This document shows, in pieces, positions 22,494 through 32,079 of a stretch of DNA of 37,292 nucleotides (its first letter is position 1; each line of letters begins with the position of its first letter). Under the pieces are notes generated by a model that was given only the letters and a program-made list of their open reading frames with translations, ran no database searches and was not told the origin of the DNA. Source of the stretch: a virus (Duplodnaviria > Caudoviricetes); IMG/VR virus record IMGVR_UViG_3300036833_000266, positions 1 through 37,292 of that record; one strand, written 5' to 3'. Position numbers and translations under genes: made by a program.

Positions 22494-22765
22494 ATATGAG
22501 CATTGAAGAATTCGTAAATCGTAGTGCGAAAGCGCAAAAAGCAGTCGACAAAATTCTCGAGGAATTCGTATCGCCGAAGAAACCCACACCGAGTGAGCTC
22601 GAGGCGGCCGCGACTGCAGAGCGTGAGACTTGGGAACAATGCCAGATGCTGCTGAACGAGATAAAAAAAGCCGGCAACAAGTTGGCTGTATTACTTCTCA
22701 AAAAAGAACCGGTCGACAAGGACGAAGTGCTTGCTGCACTTAAAGAATGGGACGCTCTGCAGTAA
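22490..22765 (+). CDS. Hypothetical protein
   Basis: ATGA-coupled helical ORF. Confidence 0.65.
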   Translation: MNMSIEEFVNRSAKAQKAVDKILEEFVSPKKPTPSELEAAATAERETWEQCQMLLNEIKKAGNKLAVLLLKKEPVDKDEVLAALKEWDALQ

Positions 22766-22766
22766 A

Positions 22767-23021
22767 ATGTTTATTGCACGGACCAGTCGATCTAAGGAGA
22801 AAGGCGAGATACTGATTCTTGGCCTAACGCGCGAGAATCTTTCCCGATTGCAACAGACACAGCCGATCCACATTCGCCGCCAAACGCATGGTGACGGTAT
22901 CCCAGAGGGTTGGGAGATCATCATTATCTTTGGTGAAAGTGAACGAGCCATCATAAGCGAATTTGAAAAGGCAGGGATGATTGACCCAGAAACAACGGTG
23001 CATGTTGATCCGCGCTTATGA
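22767..23021 (+). CDS. Hypothetical protein
   Basis: 'ILILGL..ENL.RL...PI...I.I.FGE.E' pattern; coupled to neighbours. Confidence 0.7.
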   Translation: MFIARTSRSKEKGEILILGLTRENLSRLQQTQPIHIRRQTHGDGIPEGWEIIIIFGESERAIISEFEKAGMIDPETTVHVDPRL

Positions 23022-23224
23022 ATGCAAAACAACACCGTGAGTTCAAAAAAGGTCTGCCTTACAAGCTCGCCGGTCAGTTGTTCGCAGGCCGCAAATATTA
23101 CTGCACCTGGTGCGGCTCCGAGATAGAAGGTTTTCGCGATCGTGAGTCCGCGGCTGAGTTTCGAATTACAGGAATGTGCCAGCCCTGTCAGGATAAGATC
23201 TTTACCGACGACAATAATTTTTAG
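23018..23224 (+). CDS. Small Zn-finger protein
   Basis: 'C..CG..I..FRD..S..EF.I.GMCQ.CQD.IF'. Confidence 0.75.
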   Translation: MNAKQHREFKKGLPYKLAGQLFAGRKYYCTWCGSEIEGFRDRESAAEFRITGMCQPCQDKIFTDDNNF

Positions 23225-23285
23225 TTGTCTAATCATCTATTCAGGCGCATAAAAGGTGCGTAAATATGAAAACACCAGCATCCAT

Positions 23286-24032
23286 ATGAACGAACAAGAA
23301 GCAACTAATGACGGGACGAGTGCAACGCCGGTGGCAACGGCAGCACCCGTCGAAACCTCCTTTAAATGTCCAACGTGCAGCAGAGAGTTTGCCAGTGAAC
23401 GTGCGTTGCAAACGCATCAGATCCGATCGCACAAACAATTCTGGAGCACGAACAAGGGGCAGCGGCGAAGTAGCCCACGCGCGAAGATGGGTCGACCACC
23501 GAAAAATAAGGCAGCAGTCTTAGCCAAGCACAAAGAATACTACAAGCGATACGCTGCAAAACTCAAAGCGCAGGGACTCACTACGCACGGCAATGTGCCG
23601 GTGGGGCGAGGATCGGGGCGCAAAAAGAATCCGCATCTAGGCAAGACTTGCCCGGTGTGTTCGCGCAGTTTCGCAACACGCGCGATTATGGGACATCATT
23701 TGCGAGCAATTCACGGCAAATCGTTGACTCAATTTAACAATGGCCCGGAACCTAGGTCGCTTGTGGTACAAAATCTCAGCTGCCCAGTGTGCAGTAAGAC
23801 GTATGGTCGCCGCGCTTACCTGGCGATCCACACGCGCAAGGTTCACGGGAAAAGCATCGCTGTGCTTGAGAAAGGCAGCACCTCGGAGCCTACGCCCGAG
23901 GCAGTGCCGGCAGCATCGGCGCGAAAGCTGACTCAGCAGCAGACGGCTAGTCGTCCAGTAATCTATTGTCCTGTCTGCGGAACAAATATCCACAATGTCC
24001 AAACGGCTGTGAATTTCGGAGAAATACAATGA
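23286..24032 (+). CDS. Protein with three classical C2H2 zinc fingers, AT-hook-like motif and C-terminal CxxC
   Basis: Three C-X2-C-X12-H-X4-H units; GRPPK; terminal YCPVCG. Start could also be GTG 23256. Confidence 0.85.
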   Translation: MNEQEATNDGTSATPVATAAPVETSFKCPTCSREFASERALQTHQIRSHKQFWSTNKGQRRSSPRAKMGRPPKNKAAVLAKHKEYYKRYAAKLKAQGLTTHGNVPVGRGSGRKKNPHLGKTCPVCSRSFATRAIMGHHLRAIHGKSLTQFNNGPEPRSLVVQNLSCPVCSKTYGRRAYLAIHTRKVHGKSIAVLEKGSTSEPTPEAVPAASARKLTQQQTASRPVIYCPVCGTNIHNVQTAVNFGEIQ

Positions 24033-24385
24033 GCAACAATCGAAACGGTGTTAACCAACACAAACACTCTAAGCACCAATTCGAACCACCGCGGCTAGTC
24101 GACTATTTGCACAATCGCAACGACTATGAGTGCGCTCTACTGGGTGCGCTCGGGTTCTCGTCGAATTACATCCAAGGCAAAACGGGATTGCGAAAAGGCC
24201 AGATAGGTTACCGATTACGCAAAGCGCACATTAAAAGGATGGAGTTTCGGAATGGGCAGAGCGTGTATGCCAAGTTGATGTTGCGTAACATGCGTTCCCT
24301 GGCTGAACCCAAGCTGATCAAAGAGCTCTATCAATTGACTCCTCCAGTGCCTGGACAGAGTGCTGGCTTGAAAGCGGTGGCTTAA
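24029..24385 (+). CDS. HTH-like hypothetical protein
   Basis: 'LGFSSNYIQGKTGL..GQI.YRL'; ATGA overlap, SD GGAG. Confidence 0.6.
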   Translation: MSNNRNGVNQHKHSKHQFEPPRLVDYLHNRNDYECALLGALGFSSNYIQGKTGLRKGQIGYRLRKAHIKRMEFRNGQSVYAKLMLRNMRSLAEPKLIKELYQLTPPVPGQSAGLKAVA

Positions 24386-24393
24386 TCTCCTGT

Positions 24394-24447
24394 CCGACAC
24401 CGATTTTTCGGTGATTCGGTAAATATTCTCCAATAGAGGCAATAGAG
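24394..24447. promoter_or_regulatory. Hairpin and direct repeat upstream of the late operon
   Basis: CACCGA-TTTT-TCGGTG extended by CCGA/TCGG; CAATAGAG twice (24431, 24440). Confidence 0.35.
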
Positions 24448-24500
24448 CCAACCGGCGGTTTGCGTCTTTTTAGATTCCGCCAGCATTCTTCATCGACGTC

Positions 24501-25097
24501 ATGTTCGATGAAGAAGAAGCCCCGTTAAGTGCGCGTGAAATCGCGCGAAGAAAAAGGGGCAATTTAGTCAGAAGACCGCGGTTTAACAGCAAGCTCGATT
24601 ACCTGTCGGACGAGCAACACGCCCTACTGTGTGAGTGGCTGCTCACGGCCAATCTGACCTACGGCCAAATTCTCGTAAAGTTAGAGAACGAGTTTGGCGT
24701 TCATAGCCATCGCACGGCTCTCACCAATTTTTACAAGCGGCATGTCGCGGCCCATCAGATCGCACAAAGGCATAGAACTCTGAACCTCGCTGACGAAGTC
24801 AGCAAGGACATCTCGCAATTCCCTGGGAACTACACTCAGTCCACGATCGATGCGTTGGAAGAGAAAACGCACAACGCCGCGCGTGATCGCTCCTGTACCG
24901 CCAAAGATCTGAACCTGCTTACGAACATGTGCCTGAGGTATCGGGCGCAGATTGTAGCGGAAACGAAGCTCAACTGCCAACTGCGCGAGCTCGCGATGGC
25001 TGAGAGGCGCGAGAAACGAGCGGCCGAGACTCTGCGAGATTCCCAGCTTAATCCCGAGCAAAAATTCAAAAGGCTCAAGGAAATTTTCCACAAGTGA
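24501..25097 (+). CDS. Mu gp27-like (DUF3486-like) terminase small subunit
   Basis: 'SKLD.L......L..WL....TY..I...L..EFGV.....AL..FY'; directly before large terminase. Confidence 0.7.
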   Translation: MFDEEEAPLSAREIARRKRGNLVRRPRFNSKLDYLSDEQHALLCEWLLTANLTYGQILVKLENEFGVHSHRTALTNFYKRHVAAHQIAQRHRTLNLADEVSKDISQFPGNYTQSTIDALEEKTHNAARDRSCTAKDLNLLTNMCLRYRAQIVAETKLNCQLRELAMAERREKRAAETLRDSQLNPEQKFKRLKEIFHK

Positions 25098-26599
25098 GGT
25101 CGCTTGAGCATCGTAAACCTTCGCACCCCGCATTCCACAAGCGGAAACGTCCAAGAAAAGATGGTCCTGTGGTGTCGCCACTTGGTCTGCTTCTGCCTTA
25201 TCAGGACCGGTGGGTAAATGATCTTTCGCGATTCAAGATCGGCGTTCAGGCACGGCAAACAGGCAAAAGTTTCCAGACAGCATGTGAAGCGACAACATCT
25301 GCGCTTACCGATCCAGGTGCCAAGTGGGTCTGCTTAAGTTCCGGAGAACGGCAGTCCATTGAGTGGATAGATAAATGCAAGGAATGGGCTGAAGCCTTTC
25401 GGCTTGCTATTGAAAGTTACGCGGAGGACCGCGAGATCGGCGAAGCACTTCTTCGTGTAGCCGAGATCCGTTTTGCTAACGGCTCGAGAATCGTGGCAAT
25501 TCCAGCCAATCCCAGCACTGCCCGTGGCTACTCGGCAAACGTGATTCTGGACGAGTTCGCCTATCACGAAGACTGCGACCTGATCTGGGGCGCGATGTTT
25601 CCGTCCTTAACGAACCCGTTAGCCGGCACGTTTATGACACGGGTTCAGGCGTTGTATGCCGGCGACGAGATCGACTCAATCAGGCGGAACATGAAGATCC
25701 GGATTGTCTCGACGTTTAACGGTCGCGACAACAAATTTTTCCAACTCTGGGAAAAGCAAAAAGAGAACGGCTACACGGGCCACAAGGTCACCATCCACGA
25801 TGCGATCAGAGATGGCTTGCCGGTAGACGCCGAAGAACTACGAGCAGGCCTCGATGACGAAGATCTATGGCAGCAAGAATACGAGTGCGAACCCACTGAT
25901 ACCAGCAACGTTCTTCTCCCGTATGACATCATCGCGCTAGCTGAGACTACTCAGGCCAGCGAGGTAATTGAGCCGGAATTTTTCAATTCGCGGCGTGACA
26001 TCTTTTGCGGCATCGACTTTGGCCGCTCGAACGATCCGACTGTTTGCTGGACGCTTGAACTGGTCGGCGACATCCTCTGGACCCGCGAAGTCCTGATTCT
26101 GCACAAGACAGACACGCCGAATCAGAACGAGATTTTGTCTTCGCGGATCAGAGGCTCCAGGCGCACTTGCGTTGATTACACTGGTCCAGGTGTTGGGTTC
26201 GGCGACTACGCAGTCTTAGGCCACAGCGAGTGGAAACCTGAAGAGCATAAGTTCGGCAAGGTAGAGAAATTCACTTTTACTCCGCGCTCGAAGCGGCTGC
26301 TTTTTCCGACGCTTCGCCGCAAATTCGAGTCGCCAACTACGATCCGGATCCCGGTATCCCGCGCGGTGCGCGAAGACCTTCACTCGATGCAGCAGGTCGT
26401 GAAGGCCGGCGAATACAGTTACTGGGCTCCCAGGACACGCGAAGGACATAGCGACCGATGCACTGCGCTCGCACTGGCAGTTCGTGCCGGTGCCGACAGC
26501 ATGGCCGGCGCAATCCGCGATCCAAAGATTATCCATTTCGGACGACCGGCACCGTCGCGTTTCACTCAGCCGTTCAGGCCAGCAAAGCTCGTATCGTGA
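25094..26599 (+). CDS. terL: Terminase large subunit (Mu gp28-like)
   Basis: LLPYQ Q-motif, Walker A ARQTGKS, 'PANPSTARGYSANVILDEFA', RNase H acidic motifs GIDFG, VDYTG.G, GHSD. Confidence 0.95.
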   Translation: MRSLEHRKPSHPAFHKRKRPRKDGPVVSPLGLLLPYQDRWVNDLSRFKIGVQARQTGKSFQTACEATTSALTDPGAKWVCLSSGERQSIEWIDKCKEWAEAFRLAIESYAEDREIGEALLRVAEIRFANGSRIVAIPANPSTARGYSANVILDEFAYHEDCDLIWGAMFPSLTNPLAGTFMTRVQALYAGDEIDSIRRNMKIRIVSTFNGRDNKFFQLWEKQKENGYTGHKVTIHDAIRDGLPVDAEELRAGLDDEDLWQQEYECEPTDTSNVLLPYDIIALAETTQASEVIEPEFFNSRRDIFCGIDFGRSNDPTVCWTLELVGDILWTREVLILHKTDTPNQNEILSSRIRGSRRTCVDYTGPGVGFGDYAVLGHSEWKPEEHKFGKVEKFTFTPRSKRLLFPTLRRKFESPTTIRIPVSRAVREDLHSMQQVVKAGEYSYWAPRTREGHSDRCTALALAVRAGADSMAGAIRDPKIIHFGRPAPSRFTQPFRPAKLVS

Positions 26600-28293
26600 A
26601 AACTCGGAAAGTCCCGATAAAAGCCGGTCGCCTGCGCGGTGTAAAGACCGTCAAGGTTCGCACAAACGGCGAGCGAGCCGTTGATGCGAAATCGACCATC
26701 GCGATTCCAATGCGCGGGTTCCAGCGGATTCTTCGCAGCCAAGCGCAATACAGGTGGATTCTGCCGAGCCTGGCCGCCATTACCCCGCAATGGATTGAGA
26801 TGATTTTGCGCGGGGCGTTGGCCGGGAACCATGTCCAGCAATGGCAGCTTTTCGATCTCATGCTGGACACCTGGCCGGAACTGGCCGCTTGCCAGCAGGA
26901 ACTGCTCTACGGAATCAATCGGCGCGACATCATTTTCGATCCCTATGTCGAAGAAGACCAAGACCCGACCGCGAATGCGGTAGAACGGGAAAAACTTTGT
27001 GCGACGGCAATTCTCGGGATGCAACCCGACGCTGCTGCTGACGAGAACGGTCTGGACGGCACGGTTACGGACATCATGGACGGTTGGTTTCGAGGCTTCA
27101 GCGTTCTTGAGATTTTATGGCAAATGCTCAAGACCAAAAATCATGGTCTGATCGCGGCACCGCGATGTACCTGTTGGGCGCATCCCATCAGCTATGCTTT
27201 TGATCAAAATGGTGTCCTAGGTCTGACCTATGTTGGTGAGGCCGGATTTGATACTTCGCAACTCGGCCCTCAGAGCTATCAGAGTTATCAATACAATCAA
27301 GGCAATCCGGCCTTTCCAGGCTATCCGCAAAGCAGCGGAGGAATAACGCCCTTCCCTGATTACAAGTTTCTCTCCTGCATCCACAAAGTGAAATCGGGTA
27401 GTCCGCTCGGCGGCCCGATGCTGCGGCCTTTGGCCTGGTGGTGGTGCGCGGCCAATTTCTCGAGCGATTGGCTACTTAACCTCGCGCAAGTTTTTGGACT
27501 TCCGTTTCGCTGGGCTACTTACGTCGGCACCTCGCCTGATCAGACGGTTTCAGCGTTGTGCGACATGCTCCAGAACATGGGAAGCGCGGGTTGGGCCGCA
27601 TTTCCTGAAGGCACGAAGCTTGAGCTCAAAGAGCCTACTCACTCTAGCGGCGATCGCACTCCGCAAGGAGATCTTCTGGATCGAGCGGATCGTTATGCGC
27701 GACACCTGATTCTTGGTCAGACCATGACCGGCGCAACACTGGCTAGTGGTCGTGGCGGACAGGCGTTCGGGACCGTCGAAGCGCAACTGAAACAAGATCG
27801 CCTGGACGCCGCGAGTGCCTATGTCGCCGATGTGATCAACGGGCAACTGATCCCGTATATTCTGATGCTCAATTACGGCGATGCCGAAGAGCCGCCAGAA
27901 TGCCGGTTCCTGCAGGAAACCACCGGCACCTATCAAGACGCCGAGCGTGACCAGATCCTTGCCGCGATTGGACTCGATCTTCCCCTGTCTTACCTGCGAA
28001 CGAAGTATGGCATTCCTCAAGCGACAGAAGGTGAAGACGTCGCACATGCCCCGCCGCCAAAAGGTGCCGGTCCACCGGCACCTACCGCGGCTCCTCCTGG
28101 CGTAACACCGTTGGGCGAGCCGTCGCACAACCCACCGGCAAATCCAAGGGAAGCAAACGTATCAAGGCCGCATGAGGCCGGTTTCCATGTCCAAGCGCGG
28201 CTGGAGCGGCTTTCACAGATCGAAGACGACGGAATTTTCGCGCACGAACTGCGCAAGCTGGCTGCTGAACTCACGCAAAAGGAAACCAAATGA
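26596..28293 (+). CDS. Portal protein (Mu gp29 / DUF935-like)
   Basis: 'GFSVLEI.W', 'LRPLAW...DW....VFG.P.R...Y', 'ILGQT.T'; GTGA overlap with terL. Confidence 0.9.
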   Translation: MKTRKVPIKAGRLRGVKTVKVRTNGERAVDAKSTIAIPMRGFQRILRSQAQYRWILPSLAAITPQWIEMILRGALAGNHVQQWQLFDLMLDTWPELAACQQELLYGINRRDIIFDPYVEEDQDPTANAVEREKLCATAILGMQPDAAADENGLDGTVTDIMDGWFRGFSVLEILWQMLKTKNHGLIAAPRCTCWAHPISYAFDQNGVLGLTYVGEAGFDTSQLGPQSYQSYQYNQGNPAFPGYPQSSGGITPFPDYKFLSCIHKVKSGSPLGGPMLRPLAWWWCAANFSSDWLLNLAQVFGLPFRWATYVGTSPDQTVSALCDMLQNMGSAGWAAFPEGTKLELKEPTHSSGDRTPQGDLLDRADRYARHLILGQTMTGATLASGRGGQAFGTVEAQLKQDRLDAASAYVADVINGQLIPYILMLNYGDAEEPPECRFLQETTGTYQDAERDQILAAIGLDLPLSYLRTKYGIPQATEGEDVAHAPPPKGAGPPAPTAAPPGVTPLGEPSHNPPANPREANVSRPHEAGFHVQARLERLSQIEDDGIFAHELRKLAAELTQKETK

Positions 28294-28475
28294 CTACAGC
28301 GAAGAAAACAACCCACCCGCACCATCACGCTCACGCTTCTGAAGAAAAATCATCCGAAGAACACTCAGACGCTAAGAGCGACTCCACTGAAAGCGGTGAA
28401 ACTCGGCGCATCTCTAGCACCGACACCACAGATCTTTCTGAATCCGAATATCGGCGGCTCAAATTAACCACATAA
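28290..28475 (+). CDS. Small low-complexity protein
   Basis: SD AAGGA, ATGA overlap, His/Ser/Glu-rich. Confidence 0.55.
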   Translation: MTTAKKTTHPHHHAHASEEKSSEEHSDAKSDSTESGETRRISSTDTTDLSESEYRRLKLTT

Positions 28476-28480
28476 ATCTT

Positions 28481-30907
28481 ATGGCTGATTCAACTGATTC
28501 CAAAAAACCGTACGGCGATGTTGAATACGCCGATCCCGGTTACCAAAGCGACAAGAAAAAGCGGTATCCGATCGACACTGAGGCTCACGCTCGCGCTGCG
28601 TGGAGTTACATCAACCAGGCTGATAACGCGTCCAAGTATTCGTCAGATGATCTAGCCAAGGTCAAAGCAAAGATCCGAGCCGCCTGCAAAAAGTTCGGCA
28701 TCGAGGTTGCTGACGACTCGAGCACAAAGGCTCACGAAGAAATCAAGACTCTCGGCGATCTTGAGGATTCTCAGCCCGTCCAGTGCCGTGCAGCGATCGC
28801 AATCTCACCGACTGCAACGAACGAGATCACGTTTCTTCCAGCGGGTTTGCATTCCATTCGGCCGGTAGCAGGCGGCATCGGCCGCGCGATCAAGGTCCTG
28901 ATTAACACCGAAGCAGCCGCAAAAATAGAACAGCAACGAGCGGAGATTACCGCTCGCACTGGCAAGCGCGTTTACTTCGACTTTAACCATGAAGACGGGC
29001 CGGCATCGTTCTGGCCGAGCTCTTTCACCTGGCGAGAGAACGACGGCGTAGTCGCCAAAGGCGAATGGACAGCGAGCGGCCGGCGAGCCGTGGAAGGAAA
29101 AGATTTTCGGGCGTTTTCGCCCGTGTTCCATGTGGACGACAAGCGCAAAGATCCTGCGCGAGTCGTCTGCTGCATTGAGGCCGGCCCGAACATGGGCGGC
29201 CTCGTTAACGACCCCGCTTTTAACGATTTGCCCTTGTGGGCAAAAAACGACGGATCACCCGTCAAAACTCCGCTGGAGCAGCCAGCGAAAACCGAGAACA
29301 AACAAGGAGAGAAAACCAAAATGACAACAGAAGAAATCGCTGCGCTCCGAGCGAAAAATCAGGAGCAAGAAAAAGAGCTAGAAGCTCTCAAAGCAGTTGC
29401 CGGACAGAACGCTGATGATGCAGTGCTTGAAGCAAAAGTGAAAGCGGCGGATGCCGCTGTTCGCGCCAACACAGCGGAATTCGAGCTTGTCGAAATCAAG
29501 GCGGAAAGTGATCGGAAAGACGGAATCATTCGCAAGCGCAACAAGGCAGACGCCGATGCGGCGATTCAACGCGCCATCAAGCGCGGAGCTATTCTGCCCA
29601 AAGACATCAGGACACAGGAACGCCTCGCCATGCAAGCTGCGGCAGATCCTGGGTACATCGATGTCATCGACCACCTGGTCGGCGACGGACGCGTTCTTTC
29701 CGGTGATCGCATCACTCGCTCGAGTTATGAAGTCTCGCGCGTACAAGCCGTAAACGATGACCCGTTCAACGTTTATTCACAGATGGTGAAGATCCTGGCG
29801 TCTTCGGCGAAAGCTGGAGTGCCGGAAGAGAAAGCTCGGTTTGCCGCCGAGTTCGGGGCGATTTACGCCGCGGAATTCAAAGAGGGCAAGCCCAATTCTG
29901 AGAGGCTTAAAGGGTGCAGGATGAGCATCCTCAATGACGCTATCATGGCCGCTGATGTTACCGATGCCAACCTCGGTACGCTCGCCGGAACGCTGGTCAC
30001 GCAGCGAACCCTGGAGTTGCTGAAGTTCATCTTCCCTGCCCTCACTCGGTTTACGAGTGATTTCAGCGACCAGCCAGCCACGTTCAACCAGACCATAATG
30101 ACCAGGATCATCACCATCCCGACGGTGCAGACTTACAGCACTGCGAGTGGTTGGACAGACGCTGCGGCACTAACAACTGATGTGCCTGTGATTCTTAACA
30201 ATCACAAAGGCGTTCCAATCACCTTTAATGAGAACATCCTGGCATCGACAATGCGCAGACTCTTCGACGAATTCGCGCCGGCGTCTGCTTATGCGCTCGC
30301 GAAGAACATCGTGGACGCAATCTACGCACTGCTCACGGACGCCAACTTCACCAACAACACCATCGTTTCTTCTGCGAACTTCGCGCGAGGCACGGTGGTC
30401 GACATTGGAGTCGCCCTGACTCAGCGCGGTGTACCGCTGGGCCTCGGGAACCGCACGATGTTACTGTGGCCGTCGGCTTTCGGTAGCCTCGTCAAAGACC
30501 CGACAATGGTAACCTTCGCCGCTTATCAACAACCGCGGATTGTCACCGAAGGCACGACACCGCAAAGCACGTTCGTTCCTACCGTTGATACATTCGAGGT
30601 TTACTCGGCACCGAATATGCCGAGCAACAACGCGAACCTGGTCGGATTCGGCGGCAGCAGGTCGGCACTGGTGGTCGCCACAAGGCCGCCAAATGATTAC
30701 ACCTCGGTTTTGCCGGGAGCGTCATTCGGAAATGTGCAGATGGTCACTGACCCTGACATCAACATCACTGTCATGCAGGTGCAATATGTAAACCACACGC
30801 TGGGAACTGCTACCTCGCGTATTGCGATCATGTATGGCACATCTGCTGGTCAGACGAGTGCCGGTCAACTGATCAAAGCCTCGGCGGGAAGCGGCTCGTC
30901 TCGATAA
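28481..30907 (+). CDS. Fusion: DUF6582-like domain + Mu gpI-like prohead protease + scaffold + major capsid protein
   Basis: N-term 'YADPGY..DK..RYPIDT..H.RAAWSYI'; protease 'DFNH...W...WT..G..AV....FR.FSP.F...GGLVN.PAF'; coiled-coil; C-terminal coat-like 'F..DFS...I..HK.V...PA..ALA...LVGF....AL.VATR.P'. Confidence 0.85.
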   Translation: MADSTDSKKPYGDVEYADPGYQSDKKKRYPIDTEAHARAAWSYINQADNASKYSSDDLAKVKAKIRAACKKFGIEVADDSSTKAHEEIKTLGDLEDSQPVQCRAAIAISPTATNEITFLPAGLHSIRPVAGGIGRAIKVLINTEAAAKIEQQRAEITARTGKRVYFDFNHEDGPASFWPSSFTWRENDGVVAKGEWTASGRRAVEGKDFRAFSPVFHVDDKRKDPARVVCCIEAGPNMGGLVNDPAFNDLPLWAKNDGSPVKTPLEQPAKTENKQGEKTKMTTEEIAALRAKNQEQEKELEALKAVAGQNADDAVLEAKVKAADAAVRANTAEFELVEIKAESDRKDGIIRKRNKADADAAIQRAIKRGAILPKDIRTQERLAMQAAADPGYIDVIDHLVGDGRVLSGDRITRSSYEVSRVQAVNDDPFNVYSQMVKILASSAKAGVPEEKARFAAEFGAIYAAEFKEGKPNSERLKGCRMSILNDAIMAADVTDANLGTLAGTLVTQRTLELLKFIFPALTRFTSDFSDQPATFNQTIMTRIITIPTVQTYSTASGWTDAAALTTDVPVILNNHKGVPITFNENILASTMRRLFDEFAPASAYALAKNIVDAIYALLTDANFTNNTIVSSANFARGTVVDIGVALTQRGVPLGLGNRTMLLWPSAFGSLVKDPTMVTFAAYQQPRIVTEGTTPQSTFVPTVDTFEVYSAPNMPSNNANLVGFGGSRSALVVATRPPNDYTSVLPGASFGNVQMVTDPDINITVMQVQYVNHTLGTATSRIAIMYGTSAGQTSAGQLIKASAGSGSSR

Positions 30908-30928
30908 ACGGATTCGTTTGTTTACTCT

Positions 30929-30963
30929 CACGCGCTTCCTTTTTCGGCATGGGGAGGCGCGTG
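30929..30963 (+). terminator. Stem-loop after capsid gene (mRNA stabiliser or partial terminator)
   Basis: CACGCGCTTCCT / GGGGAGGCGCGTG with G-U pairs; no downstream U tract. Confidence 0.5.
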
Positions 30964-30973
30964 TAGTGAGCAA

Positions 30974-31789
30974 ATGAAGATCGACACTATTAATGGCTGG
31001 TTTCGCGGACTGGGCGACATTGTGTGTTATGCGTGGCTAGGCGAAGGTTTACTGGCCGCCGGGGAACCAGTTGAATTCTTCGCCACCGACTGGCGAGCAG
31101 AGGTCTTGCGCATGTTCCAGATGCCCGTGGGCGCGGACAGGGACGGCGCAGTCCTAACATGGGAAGGCTATGAAAAAGCCGTTAGCACTCACTCGCCACT
31201 CAATTACCTGGACTGGATCGCGCACCGCCTCGGAGTCAAAGCGCAACCGAAACGGCCGCGCCTGGACCTGACACCAATGGACAGGGAGATGGGACGCCGC
31301 GATAGCGCGGACGTCCTGATTTTCCCGTTCAGTTACTCACCGGTCCGTAGCTGGCCGAAAGCCTATTTCATTGAACTTGGTCTGTTACTTAAGGCCGCAG
31401 GCTTCAGCGTAAAAGTGGTGACTGAACAACGGGACTACGGTTTCTTCATGCCGTTCCATTGCATCGTTGGGCAAAGCTGGAACTACATCGCCGCGGCGAT
31501 CCAAAGCGCAAAGCTTGTCATCGGGAACGACAGTGGCCCCGCGCACCTTGCCGGGACGATCGGCACAAGGACGATCGCGATCCAAGGCGCAACCACTGAA
31601 AGGATATACGTCCATATCCCAGAAGTGATTTCGTATCGCAAGAAAGCATTGTCTTGCGCTGGGTGCCACTGTCTGCCGCCAGATTTTCGCGCGACATGCG
31701 ATACCGGTTGCCTCGAGCTCTATCGGACGTTGCCGGAAGAAGTGGTCGAGTTCGCAATTCGAACCCTCAGTATGGAGAAAGCAGCATGA
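30974..31789 (+). CDS. Glycosyltransferase family 9 (heptosyltransferase-like)
   Basis: 'GLGDIV', 'RSWP...F.EL', 'AAIQSAKLVIGNDSGPAHLA', C-terminal 'CAGCH...C...CL...L.PEEV'. Confidence 0.9.
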   Translation: MKIDTINGWFRGLGDIVCYAWLGEGLLAAGEPVEFFATDWRAEVLRMFQMPVGADRDGAVLTWEGYEKAVSTHSPLNYLDWIAHRLGVKAQPKRPRLDLTPMDREMGRRDSADVLIFPFSYSPVRSWPKAYFIELGLLLKAAGFSVKVVTEQRDYGFFMPFHCIVGQSWNYIAAAIQSAKLVIGNDSGPAHLAGTIGTRTIAIQGATTERIYVHIPEVISYRKKALSCAGCHCLPPDFRATCDTGCLELYRTLPEEVVEFAIRTLSMEKAA

Positions 31790-32079
31790 AAATAATTATG
31801 CCAGGACACAAATACGAGCTCGCGAGCTTTGAAGGATCGGATCCGCAAGTGGTTCAATTTATCGAAAAGGAACATCCTTCGATGAAGACCATCAATGATG
31901 GCACCACGAATGAAGAGGTGCTCGCCATGCTCATCGATCGCTTGCGCTCGCTCGGTGAAACAGTTCCGTGTCGAGAGAATTCAATCGCCATTACGAGATG
32001 CGAGGAAGCTCTCATGTGGCTAAACAAACGTACCGCCGACCGAAAAGCGCGAGGCGTTGAAGGAACTTCAGCAGCATGA
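31786..32079 (+). CDS. Tad1/Acb2-family nucleotide-signal sponge (anti-defence)
   Basis: 'H.Y...G...EEVL..LIDRL...PCRENSIAIT..EEALMWL.KRT.DR..RGVEGT' matches the Tad1 C-terminal helical hairpin; ATGA overlaps on both sides. Confidence 0.75.
   Translation: MKIIMPGHKYELASFEGSDPQVVQFIEKEHPSMKTINDGTTNEEVLAMLIDRLRSLGETVPCRENSIAITRCEEALMWLNKRTADRKARGVEGTSAA

Noticed and set aside
23226-23268. Shared operator (TGCGTAA) between the RHH region and the C2H2 gene leader
   Set aside because: Only a 7-bp match to 18957-18963 with no shared symmetry; too weak.
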